Below are positions 1-9,135 of a DNA stretch of 62,147 bases, piece by piece. The notes beneath the pieces are model-generated. The model ran no database searches, was not told the DNA's origin, and was given only the letters and a program-made list of their open reading frames with translations. Every line of letters starts with the position of its first letter. Position 1 is the first letter of the stretch. Both the position numbers and the translations under genes were made by a program. Source of the stretch: a virus; IMG/VR virus record IMGVR_UViG_3300015203_000002, positions 1-62,147 of that record; one strand, written 5' to 3'.

Positions 1-99
1 GTGATACCCGGCGTATCTCTTTGGCGTGATCCTCCACCAGCGTCTTTGTTTTGTAGATTTGGCGATAGATATACAAGCGCCCATCATTGTCCATAGCCG
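1..99. repeat. Terminal direct overlap, identical to 62049..62147 (circular closure of the assembly)
   Basis: Read base by base: 1..99 equals 62049..62147 (gtgatacccggcg...ccatagccg). Confidence 0.95.
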
Positions 100-946
100 C
101 CCAGAGGCACACAAAGGGATGCACGAAGCCAAAGTCAATGGCCAAGTAACGCGGCCATTCGGGAGGCAGGGTGAAACGGTCAATCACGTTACGTGCTCTA
201 TCCCATGCCTGTTCGTAGATCGTGCCTTCAGCAGCCGCCCATAGCCCAAGACGATAGCGTGCATAGCGTACACCGGTCAAGCCTTCAAGAATACCAAAGA
301 CGTACTCTCTGCCTGCCTCTGTCCAGTCATTGGTCTTGAGATCAAAGTAACGCGGGTTGTCTTGATGACGGGAAATGAGACGTGTGGTTGTGCCTTCAAT
401 CATGCGCTGATTGAGCCAATGCGTGGGATAGGAAGGATTGCAGTCCATGATGAGTTGACGATAAGGGACTTCTGGCCCGTTGGTACGTGGGCGTAGTCGC
501 ATGCGCACAAACTCAATATCCTCTACATCGCACTCCGTCGCTTCATTGAGATAGGCCCAATCGAATTCAGCACTTTGTACTTTTTCCGGCTTGTCGAGGC
601 CATTGACCAACATCTGGGAGCCATTAGGGTACTTGAAGGACGCGGGTTCAACCTTGTTGCCACCGAAATACCGGATGTCTGAGCGCCCTCGTAGGATGTT
701 ATCCCGGTACGTGACCATTGCCGACCCTGAGAGTGCCGTGTTGGTTTTCCTGGCAACCAGTGCTCGTGAGCCGGGATAGCGTGAGAGCAGGATGTGTATC
801 TTATAGAGCGATGCCACCGTTTTGCCTCCACCGGCCACCCCTTCGATGCAGACCTCACGATCACGACAAGACCCAAGGGCGAGATTGTCACCTCGTAGTT
901 CAGGTGGGGGAATACGTTTTGTAGGCACAAGCGTGGCGGTACTCAT
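1..946 (-). CDS. terL: Terminase large subunit, N-terminal ATPase part; continues across the circular junction into 61633..62147
   Basis: Manual translation from the ATG at 946 gives MSTATLVPTKRIPPPELRGDNLALGSCRDREVCIEGVAGGGKTVASLYK with Walker A GVAGGGKT. It is in frame with 61633..62142 through the 99-bp overlap, giving 1362 nt total. The ORF track misses it because it runs off the window edge. ATGA overlap with terS. Confidence 0.9.
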   Translation of the reverse strand, partial: MSTATLVPTKRIPPPELRGDNLALGSCRDREVCIEGVAGGGKTVASLYKIHILLSRYPGSRALVARKTNTALSGSAMVTYRDNILRGRSDIRYFGGNKVEPASFKYPNGSQMLVNGLDKPEKVQSAEFDWAYLNEATECDVEDIEFVRMRLRPRTNGPEVPYRQLIMDCNPSYPTHWLNQRMIEGTTTRLISRHQDNPRYFDLKTNDWTEAGREYVFGILEGLTGVRYARYRLGLWAAAEGTIYEQAWDRARNVIDRFTLPPEWPRYLAIDFGFVHPFVCLWAAMDNDGRLYIYRQIYKTKTLVEDHAKEIRRVS

Positions 947-1404
947 ATCTTTGGTCCCTCTAGATAGCCAGATGGGACTTCCTCTATGATGATCTGGGCG
1001 AGGTTCACATCACTCTCGACTTTGATGTCAAGTCCCATCAGACGAGCACGTCGTTCCTTGATGGCAACAATGCGATCAACGGCAAACAGCTGGCTCTTGC
1101 TATACTCTTTATCCTGTAACCGCTTCCAACACACCAGTTCTAATTGCTCAAGACTGTCTAACTCCTCTGTTCTCAGGTCTTCCACATTCTTGATAACGCA
1201 TCGGTCTAACTCTCTCATCACCGCTTTTCGTGCTGAACTTGCATTCGCATATCCGCACTGAGCGGCAATAGCCTCATAGGTCATTTTCATAGCACGCAAC
1301 TTAATAGCAAGCATGCAACGATTAGTGGCGTTTACGTCGCGATTTGGGGGATTTGTCCCTCTCTGTATGTCCATGTTTTTGTGAGAATTGAGGTGATCAG
1401 GCAT
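943..1404 (-). CDS. terS: Terminase small subunit (putative)
   Basis: 153 aa immediately upstream of terL and translationally coupled to it (ATGA). HTH-like MTYEAIAAQCGYANASSARKAV followed by a coiled-coil region. GAGG RBS. Confidence 0.6.
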   Translation of the reverse strand: MPDHLNSHKNMDIQRGTNPPNRDVNATNRCMLAIKLRAMKMTYEAIAAQCGYANASSARKAVMRELDRCVIKNVEDLRTEELDSLEQLELVCWKRLQDKEYSKSQLFAVDRIVAIKERRARLMGLDIKVESDVNLAQIIIEEVPSGYLEGPKI

Positions 1405-1553
1405 GGCTTACCTCGTCAATCTGCTTATATTCAGTCAAAACGAGCATGAATTGGTACGAAGCTCGCTGGACTTCTATATTGATATGTGTTAATATGAGTG
1501 TGTACCAAATTATGATACGAGACAAAATACCACACAACAGGAGAATAGCAGCA

Positions 1554-1769
1554 ATGAGCATCACGAAGAAAGCAGCCTTGAAGTTTGCACAGACCGCCAA
1601 CATGATCACGATGTCGGATGAGTCCCTCGGATGGAGCAACAAAGAGATATCCCTAGAAACTCTGCTCAATGAGGTCAAGGTCTTTGGGCAACACGTATAT
1701 GCGCACCAGCAGAACAACGTGGTTTCCATCGATCTCTTATCCGGTATCACATTTACGCTCTCAGCATAG
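1554..1769 (+). CDS. Hypothetical protein (71 aa) on the opposite strand, between the methylase operon and terS
   Basis: ATG at 1554 is preceded by CAGGAG 10 nt upstream. Composition looks like a soluble protein (MSITKKAALKFAQTANMITMSDES...). A hairpin follows at 1778..1805. It competes with a shadow ORF at 1397..1813(-) that shares wobble positions. Confidence 0.35.
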   Translation: MSITKKAALKFAQTANMITMSDESLGWSNKEISLETLLNEVKVFGQHVYAHQQNNVVSIDLLSGITFTLSA

Positions 1770-1777
1770 GCAATAAT

Positions 1778-1812
1778 GGGGAGGTTACACATTCGCTTCC
1801 TCCCCTTCTTCA
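1778..1812 (+). terminator. Hairpin GGGGAGG-N14-CCTCCCC followed by a T-rich tract, between convergent genes
   Basis: 7-bp stem at 1778..1784 / 1799..1805, then ttcttca. Overlaps the stop codon of 1785..3515(-). Confidence 0.3.
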
Positions 1813-3515
1813 TCCTCTATCTCTTCTTCTTCAGGCACTTCTACCACCACAGGACCGCAATCCTTGACCGCCTGCACCGGATCGCCTTTACAGAATACCA
1901 ACACGTTTTGATGAGTCTTGCCCAACTTACGCGATGAGGTGAATTGTTTCCCTACGCGTATCGGCAATGAGCCAACGCTGGTAACGAGAATAGCTTCGTT
2001 ATACAGTTGTGCCCCTGCATCCTCACACGCGCTTATCGTATCGCTTACAAAGTTGCGATAAAACCCGCGCTTATCCCTGATATCCCCTACAACGACACAT
2101 ACAAAACGATTGTGCTTGAGTTGGGTGATGGCTTGCTGAAAAATAACGCGGTATGTATCCATGAATTGCTCATAGGTGGCGAGTGCGCTCAGGTCCGATT
2201 CGTTGTTACTATACACTTCAAGGTCATAATAGGGCGGGCAGGTAAAGATCAGATCGGGTTGCACATCAGGGCATAATGTTGCAAGATTGCGGCTATCCCC
2301 TACAATCCATTGAGGGCGAGGCTCATCACTCAGGATGATGGTTACTTGCTGTTCATTGGCTTCTACCTGCTCACTCCTCAAGTCAATCCCGATATAGCGC
2401 CGTCCGGTGAGTGCTGCCACAATGCCACGAACAGAGCCACCTGCAAACGGATCAAGCACCAGCCCATCAGGTGGGGAGAACCAACGATAGGCCAACTCAC
2501 ACAGGACAGGATCAAAGATGGAGGTACCTGCCGCCATATTCTCTGTGCCTGTGCCAGAAGCCCAATCGGGCTTCTTCGGTGCATTATTGAGATTGCTCCG
2601 TTGATCGGCACCCTTACGACCAGCAGAAAGATTCTTTCTGCTGGTATCGTCCATGTCCTCAAGCGGTCTATCCCCTGCAACCCATGTCAAGCGTTTCGCA
2701 TTCTGTCCTACCGTGTGCTCACCACGCATCAGGTCTTGCCCAAAGCAACGGGCAAGACCTTTCCTCTCCTTATTAGCGAGTTGGTCAGCTAGACCCCCAT
2801 TGCTGTCGGCAATGGGGGTACCACCCATTTTGTTACCCTGCCTATTCCGGTAATAGTTCAATCCTGGCTCCGTCACTGCGTCACCTGGACAGGTGACGCA
2901 GTCGCCTCTCCCTAGTTCGCTTTGTATCCCTAGTGCGATCCATGCCCGTTTCCGTTCTTGCCAGTACCCTTGCCGTGCATCTAGCACGCTGAATGGCGGC
3001 ACAATGAAACGCTCGGCTAAGGATTGGTGAACCTGCTCATCTTCTTCTGCACTCCCACCATCCCCTAGATACGCATCACCCATATTCGCTAACATCTGCC
3101 TCAGCGTCTCATCATCACTACCCATCGATGCCAGATCGAACCCTGCGTCTTGTTGCTCTTGCAAAAGTGTCGCCAACAGTTCGTCATCGTCGACTGCGCC
3201 ATTGCTCAAATGATTATCGGCAATGAGATACGCTTGACAGGTCATCTCATCCCAACTGTCAGGCACGATATCACACCGCAACTCAGGATAGAAACATTCA
3301 CGCGCCGCCTCGACCAAGCCATGACCCGCAAGGATCGTATAGCGGTCACACCCCGCTTGCTTTTTGACAACAAGGGACCGCACTTGTTGGAAGCGTTTGA
3401 GGCTTGCCACCAACTGCTTGATTTGCTCCGGTGGGTGACTTCTATAATTACGTGCATGCCCATCTAAGAGCGATGTAGGGATGGAGGCGTTGCGTACCTG
3501 TTCAGTCATGCACAC
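1785..3515 (-). CDS. ParB-like nuclease domain fused to a DNA methyltransferase (N6-A or N4-C)
   Basis: 576 aa. N-terminus is ParB-like (RSHPPEQIKQLVASLKRFQQVRSLVV...ILAGHGLVEAA). SAM motif LDPFAGGSVRGIVAA and catalytic FTCPPYYDL. Confidence 0.8.
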   Translation of the reverse strand: MCMTEQVRNASIPTSLLDGHARNYRSHPPEQIKQLVASLKRFQQVRSLVVKKQAGCDRYTILAGHGLVEAARECFYPELRCDIVPDSWDEMTCQAYLIADNHLSNGAVDDDELLATLLQEQQDAGFDLASMGSDDETLRQMLANMGDAYLGDGGSAEEDEQVHQSLAERFIVPPFSVLDARQGYWQERKRAWIALGIQSELGRGDCVTCPGDAVTEPGLNYYRNRQGNKMGGTPIADSNGGLADQLANKERKGLARCFGQDLMRGEHTVGQNAKRLTWVAGDRPLEDMDDTSRKNLSAGRKGADQRSNLNNAPKKPDWASGTGTENMAAGTSIFDPVLCELAYRWFSPPDGLVLDPFAGGSVRGIVAALTGRRYIGIDLRSEQVEANEQQVTIILSDEPRPQWIVGDSRNLATLCPDVQPDLIFTCPPYYDLEVYSNNESDLSALATYEQFMDTYRVIFQQAITQLKHNRFVCVVVGDIRDKRGFYRNFVSDTISACEDAGAQLYNEAILVTSVGSLPIRVGKQFTSSRKLGKTHQNVLVFCKGDPVQAVKDCGPVVVEVPEEEEIEDEEGEEANV

Positions 3516-3518
3516 ATC

Positions 3519-3722
3519 TCAATCTTTGGGTGTCGTGTCATGTTCCGGTTTCAGCAACGTATCGACACTCTCACGGGTTGCAGCCAAGTGGGGCATCACA
3601 CTTTTCTCTGCATGCGGATGCGTTGCACCATGTCGTAAAAACATCGCCTGCGCTTTTTGATAGAGCGTGTTCAATTCAGTTTTGAATTGCGTGAGTTTTT
3701 GTGTAAATGCGGTTTTGCTCAT
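3519..3722 (-). CDS. Hypothetical protein (67 aa)
   Basis: ORF with AGAGG RBS. Its stop lies 1 nt before the start of the next gene. Confidence 0.5.
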   Translation of the reverse strand: MSKTAFTQKLTQFKTELNTLYQKAQAMFLRHGATHPHAEKSVMPHLAATRESVDTLLKPEHDTTPKD

Positions 3723-3882
3723 AGATACCTCTAGAACGGGGAATAGTGAGCAGGCAATGAAAGGAGTACCCGCTCACCACTCAACCTGTGCAGAACGCTC
3801 AAGAAAGGGTCACCGAAGAATGATCACTATTCAATTCAGTGTAGCGGATGCATCCAAATCGTGAGGGATTCTAGAGAAATAG

Positions 3883-3918
3883 GCAACAAAAAGGGAGAGG
3901 TTATCATTCCCTCTCCCT
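3883..3918 (-). terminator. Rho-independent terminator after the methylase gene
   Basis: Minus strand reads AGGGAGAGGG-aatgataa-CCTCTCCCT-TTTTGTTG. Confidence 0.7.
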
Positions 3919-3941
3919 CTTTGTTTAGTATCACAGGGAAA

Positions 3942-4844
3942 CTATGCTGTCTCTTCTGTGGAGGTCATCGTGTCGAATAAGGTGTTCTGGGTATTCTTGC
4001 GAATGATACGGTCTAGATTCTTACGGGCTGCATGGAAGTACGACTCTTTCAATTCAATCCCCACGAACTTACGCCCGTACTTCAATGCAGTGTATCCCTC
4101 ACTGCCTATCCCAGTAAAGGGGCTAAACACCGTTTCATTCTTGTTACTCCACAACCGCACGCATCGCTCAATCGTGCCGAGCTGCAAGGGGCAAATGTGC
4201 CGCTCATCCTGTTGGGAACGGCCTTCAACGACGTTCAATGTATCCGTCTCCTTGATATCATACCAGACTGGGTGAGCGTAGGTAATCCATTCCTCATTCG
4301 TGATATCCGGTTTAATGGGTACTGCGTTCTCCCCTGGCTTACGGAAGATGAGGATGTAGTCAGCAAGCCCTGGACGCATCCAGGATGCATCTTTACGGAG
4401 TTGCACAAAGAGCAATCCTTTCGCATGTGAGCGAATAGCCTGAACTTGGGGATCTTTGTCGATGGTCACATCCCCATGATAGACCCATGACTCTTCCAAG
4501 AACGTTTTAATCACATCACCTCGGAAATCTTTCAGGCCAATGAATCCATCGTTGACGAAGTTGGCAGCAATTTGCTGGACGTGCACACAGCAGTTACGAC
4601 CGGGTTTTGTGATACGCAACAATTCACGGATGATAAACCTGAAGTGAGCGTAGAACTCATCAGGGTTGCGAGAATTGCCCAGATCGCGTTCCGTTGGGCT
4701 GTAAACGTAAAGTGACATAAAAGGAGGACTAAAAATGGATAGGTCTACGCTATCATCCGGTAGACCTGCCATCACTTCAGCACTATCACCATTGTAAAGT
4801 GCATAATGGTCATTAATCACTTGATTTAGCACCTGAACACTCAT
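3942..4844 (-). CDS. DNA methyltransferase, beta-class order (motif IV before motif I)
   Basis: 300 aa. Motif IV DLSIFSPPFMSLY lies near the N-terminus; motif I VFSPFTGIGSEGYTA lies near the C-terminus. Confidence 0.8.
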   Translation of the reverse strand: MSVQVLNQVINDHYALYNGDSAEVMAGLPDDSVDLSIFSPPFMSLYVYSPTERDLGNSRNPDEFYAHFRFIIRELLRITKPGRNCCVHVQQIAANFVNDGFIGLKDFRGDVIKTFLEESWVYHGDVTIDKDPQVQAIRSHAKGLLFVQLRKDASWMRPGLADYILIFRKPGENAVPIKPDITNEEWITYAHPVWYDIKETDTLNVVEGRSQQDERHICPLQLGTIERCVRLWSNKNETVFSPFTGIGSEGYTALKYGRKFVGIELKESYFHAARKNLDRIIRKNTQNTLFDTMTSTEETA

Positions 4845-5584
4845 CTCAAAAACTCCTTATTTACATTCTCTCTGCTATGTACAAACAAATGACACTTTCT
4901 ACACAACAACACTAAATTATCAGGATCGCATCGCAAACTCTTTTCTGCAAAACTAACGATATGGTGAATTGCAAAACGAATTTCTTCTCGATTGATGATC
5001 CGGTGATCTAATCCACATCGTCTACATATGGCATTATCTCTCTGCCATACCACCTTAACAGCGTCCTTCCATTCTTGACTTTCATACACCTTCTGTCGTT
5101 GTGGTGTAACTCCACCTTTCCAATTTGGAGTCTCATCTCCCCTTTTCCCTTTCAGGTGATGCACTCCATTCTTGAGATAGGGTACATGACCATCCTGTAG
5201 TCTCTTTTTTCTTACAACTTCCTTAACTTCATCAGTATGTGTATGCCCTTTAAATGGGGATGCATCCCCATTTACAAACCGATGCTGCCCATGCCCATGC
5301 CCTCTAGGGCTAGTCTCAATTCCATAATCTTGTAGCCACTGCCACACACGCTTACTATCCCTATGAACAATCGCGGCAATCGCATTTGCGCCAAGACCTT
5401 CGACAACATACTTCTGATAGAGCCAATCACGATCTACAGGCTTCTGATCACGCTGCCATTGAGCCTTGCAATCCATCGAACAAAAAACCCCTGGTTTTGA
5501 TCCTCTCCTCTTTACTTCTTCCCCACACCCCTTACACTTAAAGTCTGTCATGTCTTCCTCCATACTTTGATATGGATGCATCAT
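4841..5584 (-). CDS. HNH endonuclease with N-terminal Zn-ribbon and HTH
   Basis: 247 aa. HNH core is CRRCGLDH...HHIVSF...DPDNLVLLCRKCHLFVH. N-terminal CKGCGEE..CSMDC. Confidence 0.8.
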   Translation of the reverse strand: MMHPYQSMEEDMTDFKCKGCGEEVKRRGSKPGVFCSMDCKAQWQRDQKPVDRDWLYQKYVVEGLGANAIAAIVHRDSKRVWQWLQDYGIETSPRGHGHGQHRFVNGDASPFKGHTHTDEVKEVVRKKRLQDGHVPYLKNGVHHLKGKRGDETPNWKGGVTPQRQKVYESQEWKDAVKVVWQRDNAICRRCGLDHRIINREEIRFAIHHIVSFAEKSLRCDPDNLVLLCRKCHLFVHSRENVNKEFLR

Positions 5585-5604
5585 AACACGACCCTATCAA
5601 AGTG

Positions 5605-6978
5605 TCAAGCAACAAGCCATTTGGGTACAATCATAGAAGTGACACTATTGTACTCATACTCCTTTGGAGCAGATCCTAACTCTTCCTGCTCGTAGGCTTG
5701 TACGTGTCCTATCAGTTGGTCACTCATGATCTTTGCCTCTCTTTCCTTACGCATCACGTTTGCATAGATTTCCTGCTCAATCTCAGAAATGACGATAGAG
5801 ACGGATACCGGATGTTCTTGCCCGAAGCGCCAGCAACGGCGGATACATTGATAATAATCTTCAAAACTGTCACCAATACCCACAAATGCCATATTATGGC
5901 AATTCTGTAGGTTGATGCCAAACCCAGCGATGGACGCCTTGGTGATGAGCACGCGAACACGTCCATCTTGAAACGCTTCAATTGCTTTGATCTTTTTGTC
6001 AGGGCTATCACTACCCACAACCTCCACACTCTCAGGGATGGATTTGCGGAGCATGGTACTTTCCGTGTTACGCCCACACCATAAGATCCATTGCTCATCA
6101 CTTCCCTGGACCATCTCGACTGTTTTCTGTACCCGTTCCTCAATCGTGCCTGTACGCGCTTGTGAACGGTCCTGTATGCCCTTGAGGCCAGTGTAGAAAA
6201 GCTTTCCCTCAGGGGTGTAGTCAGTGCTCACAATAACAGGTTTCACTGACAGTTCTGGCAAGATATAGCCAGTATCATCAAACCCTAAATCAGATGGTTT
6301 CTTAATGCTCATTGACCACGAGGCCATCCAACGATAGAAGGGGTCAACAGCGTGCTTCTTGAGCCTCCATCCTGCATGTGCTGTCTCATCGCTATCATGC
6401 ACAAAGTACGTCGAGAGCATTTCAGTTCTGCTCATCGCTCCAAGAAACTCCGCATGATTGGCAATTTCTGCCACATCATTAGGAGCTGGTGTAGCAGTAC
6501 AACACAGTTTATAGGGCGTTGTGGCAAACATTTCGATGAGCAGTGTTTTTGTTTTGCTTTCAACGGTCTTGAGGATGCTACTCTCATCCAAGATCACCGC
6601 GCCAAAGTCTGCAGCGTTGAAATGATGGATCATTTCGTAGTTGGTAATGTTGATCCCTGGGATCAGGTCCTCGCCAGATCTGGTATAATGGGCGACGAGA
6701 TCAATCTTCTTTGCTTCGCTGACTGTTTGTCTGGCAACGGAAAGCGGGGCGATGATCAGACTACGCATGCCGGTCAATCGGGCGAATTCCAGTTGCATGC
6801 TGGTTTTGCCCAGACCAGTATCGGCAAACAGCGCCGCTCGTCCTTTGCGAAGCGCCCACTTGACGAGCGCCCGTTGAAACGGGAACAGGCGGGGGTGGAT
6901 CGCGTCCTCAGGGATCTCAATACCAGATTCAACGGTCATCAATCGCTTTGTTTCTAAGAATTCTTGATAGTCTTGCAT
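5605..6978 (-). CDS. SNF2-family (DEAD/DEAH-box-like) helicase
   Basis: 457 aa. Motif I ADTGLGKTSM, motif II VILDESSILK, TATPAPN, and C-terminal QCIRRCWRFGQ. Confidence 0.85.
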   Translation of the reverse strand: MQDYQEFLETKRLMTVESGIEIPEDAIHPRLFPFQRALVKWALRKGRAALFADTGLGKTSMQLEFARLTGMRSLIIAPLSVARQTVSEAKKIDLVAHYTRSGEDLIPGINITNYEMIHHFNAADFGAVILDESSILKTVESKTKTLLIEMFATTPYKLCCTATPAPNDVAEIANHAEFLGAMSRTEMLSTYFVHDSDETAHAGWRLKKHAVDPFYRWMASWSMSIKKPSDLGFDDTGYILPELSVKPVIVSTDYTPEGKLFYTGLKGIQDRSQARTGTIEERVQKTVEMVQGSDEQWILWCGRNTESTMLRKSIPESVEVVGSDSPDKKIKAIEAFQDGRVRVLITKASIAGFGINLQNCHNMAFVGIGDSFEDYYQCIRRCWRFGQEHPVSVSIVISEIEQEIYANVMRKEREAKIMSDQLIGHVQAYEQEELGSAPKEYEYNSVTSMIVPKWLVA

Positions 6979-7160
6979 GTGTCTTTCTCCTCTTTCTCAC
7001 GTATAGCCTGATCGACAAATTGACTTCTATCACCAGCAGGCAGGCTATCAACTATCTTCGTCACATCGGGCGACAAGGTAAAGTACCGTCGATGTTTGCC
7101 TTGAGAGGGACGCCCAGGCCCTCTCTTTTGAGAACTACTTTCCCTTTGTGGATTGATCAC
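6954..7160 (-). CDS. Ribbon-helix-helix (CopG/Arc-like) protein
   Basis: 68 aa with GTG start 6 nt after GGAGG. KRGPGRPS...YFTLSPDVTKIVDSLPAGDRSQFVDQAI resembles the product of 25621..25800. Confidence 0.55.
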   Translation of the reverse strand: MINPQRESSSQKRGPGRPSQGKHRRYFTLSPDVTKIVDSLPAGDRSQFVDQAIREKEEKDTCKTIKNS

Positions 7161-7353
7161 AAATTGACCTCCATGTACTAAAACTCACTTGGCGGGAAAT
7201 CTTTGCCTCACATCCATCCACTTGATAATAGGCGATACGATCATCGCCAACACTCAACACGGTAGCAGATGCTTGGTTTGTCCACACATCGAAGGGGCAA
7301 ATCGTAATGACGGTACCTTGATTGATGGCAGTGTTGATTTGTGTTGTTGTCAT
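7135..7353 (-). CDS. Hypothetical protein (72 aa)
   Basis: First gene downstream of the consensus promoter 7396..7424. AAAGGAAA RBS. Confidence 0.6.
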   Translation of the reverse strand: MTTTQINTAINQGTVITICPFDVWTNQASATVLSVGDDRIAYYQVDGCEAKISRQVSFSTWRSICDQSTKGK

Positions 7354-7395
7354 GATTGTTTTCCTTTTCGCTAGTCAATTCCTCTTTACTCTCTT

Positions 7396-7424
7396 ATTAT
7401 AATACACGTGTATTTAATTGTCAA
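7396..7424 (-). promoter_or_regulatory. Sigma70-type promoter TTGACA-17-TATAAT
   Basis: Minus strand reads ccccTTGACAattaaatacacgtgtatTATAAT. Confidence 0.7.
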
Positions 7425-7460
7425 GGGGTTTCTGTATCAGTTTCCCTCTCACTTTAGACA

Positions 7461-7499
7461 CAACAAAAAGCACGCACACCTTCTCACTAGTGCGCGTGC
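7461..7499 (-). terminator. Rho-independent terminator, second of a tandem pair
   Basis: Minus strand reads GCACGCGCAC-tagtgagaag-GTGTGCGTGC-TTTTTG. Confidence 0.7.
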
Positions 7500-7554
7500 C
7501 CCTTACAGGTCGTGAGTCCTGCTGACTGGTAGTCCTCTCTAGTATAAATGCACA

Positions 7555-7583
7555 ACAAAAAAGCCGAGGCATGACACCCGGCT
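7555..7583 (-). terminator. Rho-independent terminator, first of a tandem pair
   Basis: Minus strand reads AGCCGGG-tgtcatg-CCTCGGCT-TTTTTTG (imperfect stem). Confidence 0.5.
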
Positions 7584-7645
7584 CTTTGCAAACGAAGCGT
7601 TGGATTTCCACAATCCATGGATAGTATAGCGCTCACTCCAACTCT

Positions 7646-7822
7646 CTACCCGTACATCCTCTCAAGTAACTGTTCTTCCGTCATTGCGTTCCCTTGCTCA
7701 TCAAACAAGCGACCTGCTTCCGCCGCATCTTGCAAGTCGGATGGGTTGACAAGATTGCCCGTCTCTTTGTCGGATGGAACGCCGTACTCATCGATGATAA
7801 CGTGGTAGTTCTTCTCTGGCAT
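7646..7822 (-). CDS. Hypothetical protein (58 aa; below the ORF-track cutoff)
   Basis: Manual translation gives MPEKNYHVIIDEYGVPSDKETGNLVNPSDLQDAAEAGRLFDEQGNAMTEEQLLERMYG. AAAGGAG RBS. Confidence 0.5.
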   Translation of the reverse strand: MPEKNYHVIIDEYGVPSDKETGNLVNPSDLQDAAEAGRLFDEQGNAMTEEQLLERMYG

Positions 7823-7861
7823 AATTGCTCCTTTCTAACGACGATATTTTCTCGCAACTCC

Positions 7862-9130
7862 TTATTTTGCTGCTACTTTGCGCCCACGTTTCTGTGGGGT
7901 AAATCCCCCTAAGCTTTTCACTAATACTTTGCTACGATCCTTGGCAAATGGCTGGATAATCCCCAACTTAATACCGCGTTCAATCTCCGCTAGTGAGCAG
8001 TGTAACCGTTCAGACGCCGCCTCTTTTGTGATGGCATATGAACCACGAGATCGATCCTGATTTGCAGCATCATTCTCTCTCTTTTTTGCATTGGAGATAT
8101 CCGTGATATTGGCGGGTAAATCAGCAACAATCTCACCACTGATGTGCACATCATTTGCTGGTGATATCGTCTCTAGTTCAGGGTCAGTATCCGGCTCCAT
8201 ATCATCGTCATTTGGCAATGATATCAGTTCAGGATAATCGGCACAAATCGCATCAAACACACGCTGTACTCGCGTCTCTGTGATGTAGTTGGCATATCCG
8301 CTAAATTGGCGTTGCAGGCTCGTGGTCAGGTCTGATATCGGGTTCATTTGCGCTTCATATAAAAGCGTTATGAGGATCGATTTGTCCTCAGTAACCTTGT
8401 CATACATGACCCCTTCAACCATCCCTAATTCATCGCGTTTACGAGGGGCATATGCAGGATGTTCCTCCTCCATAGCCGGGATGATATCATCCTGCATATC
8501 GCTCTCATTTGTAACGATATCAGTCTCGATATGTGGTTGCATAATCACTTCATTTGCAGCCGATTTGACTTCAATTACCACGCCTTTTGCACGCTGGATA
8601 AGTGATGGTTTCTTAAGCGTTTCACGTGCGATATCAAGACGCTTTTGCACACTGATAAGTCCTTCTAATCGCGTGGCTTCTGCTTCGATATCAGCAACCG
8701 TTTCAACACGTGCTGAGAAGAATTCCGACACTAAACTATACGCCAAATTGAGGAACGCAAACGATGATGCCAGGATCGGGTTAATCATTTTCAAGGTGGG
8801 ATTATCGGTCAACAAACCACTCTGAAACCGGAGCGCATATTCCCAATTCACCACCCACGAAAATGCCGTGAGTGCGATAATAAAGAACCATACAAACACC
8901 TGAGCATACCAGGGCATATTCTTTCTGAAGAACATCACCCCAATGGTCAGTACCAGCGCAGTGGCATCGATGCTAATAGCTAATGCATAGGAACCGACCC
9001 AGTTGCCACTATCCTGCTCAAAGTTATCAAAGAATGTGGCGATGTGGTGAATGGAGGCAAACAGGAATGCCCCAAACGCGAAGAGAAACACCACGCGGAT
9101 TGCTGTGCTGAACACTTGCTCTTTTTTCAT
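7862..9130 (-). CDS. Membrane protein: 4-TM DUF2637-like N-terminus, coiled-coil linker, C-terminal excisionase-type HTH
   Basis: The start I chose is MKKEQ at 9130, with an AGAGGGGAG RBS, 5 nt after the FtsK-like stop. TM motifs are ASIHHIATFF, AISIDATALVLTIGV and FSWVVNWEYA. C-terminus is YAITKEAASERLHCSLAEIERGIKLGII. Confidence 0.55.
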   Translation of the reverse strand: MKKEQVFSTAIRVVFLFAFGAFLFASIHHIATFFDNFEQDSGNWVGSYALAISIDATALVLTIGVMFFRKNMPWYAQVFVWFFIIALTAFSWVVNWEYALRFQSGLLTDNPTLKMINPILASSFAFLNLAYSLVSEFFSARVETVADIEAEATRLEGLISVQKRLDIARETLKKPSLIQRAKGVVIEVKSAANEVIMQPHIETDIVTNESDMQDDIIPAMEEEHPAYAPRKRDELGMVEGVMYDKVTEDKSILITLLYEAQMNPISDLTTSLQRQFSGYANYITETRVQRVFDAICADYPELISLPNDDDMEPDTDPELETISPANDVHISGEIVADLPANITDISNAKKRENDAANQDRSRGSYAITKEAASERLHCSLAEIERGIKLGIIQPFAKDRSKVLVKSLGGFTPQKRGRKVAAK

Positions 9131-9135
9131 GCGGT

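Noticed and set aside
523-930. A 135-aa minus-strand ORF, plus the plus-strand ORFs 591..779 and 718..924.
   Set aside because: They overlap the real terL frame (Walker A GVAGGGKT, start 946) and have Arg/Ser/Pro-rich shadow-like composition. The true frame is missing from the ORF track only because it runs off the window edge.
1397-1813. A 138-aa minus-strand ORF bridging the methylase gene and terS.
   Set aside because: It starts inside the methylase gene and is Cys-rich and odd in composition. It shares third-codon positions with the plus-strand 1554..1769 ORF, which is classic shadow-frame behaviour. I keep it as the less likely alternative, but it is not excluded.
6352-6957. A 201-aa plus-strand ORF. 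Similar cases are 2310..2792, 8289..8825, 40448..40906 and 57371..57937.
   Set aside because: Each is antisense to a CDS with clear family motifs (SNF2, methylase, membrane protein, S53 protease, scaffold). None has an RBS or operon context.
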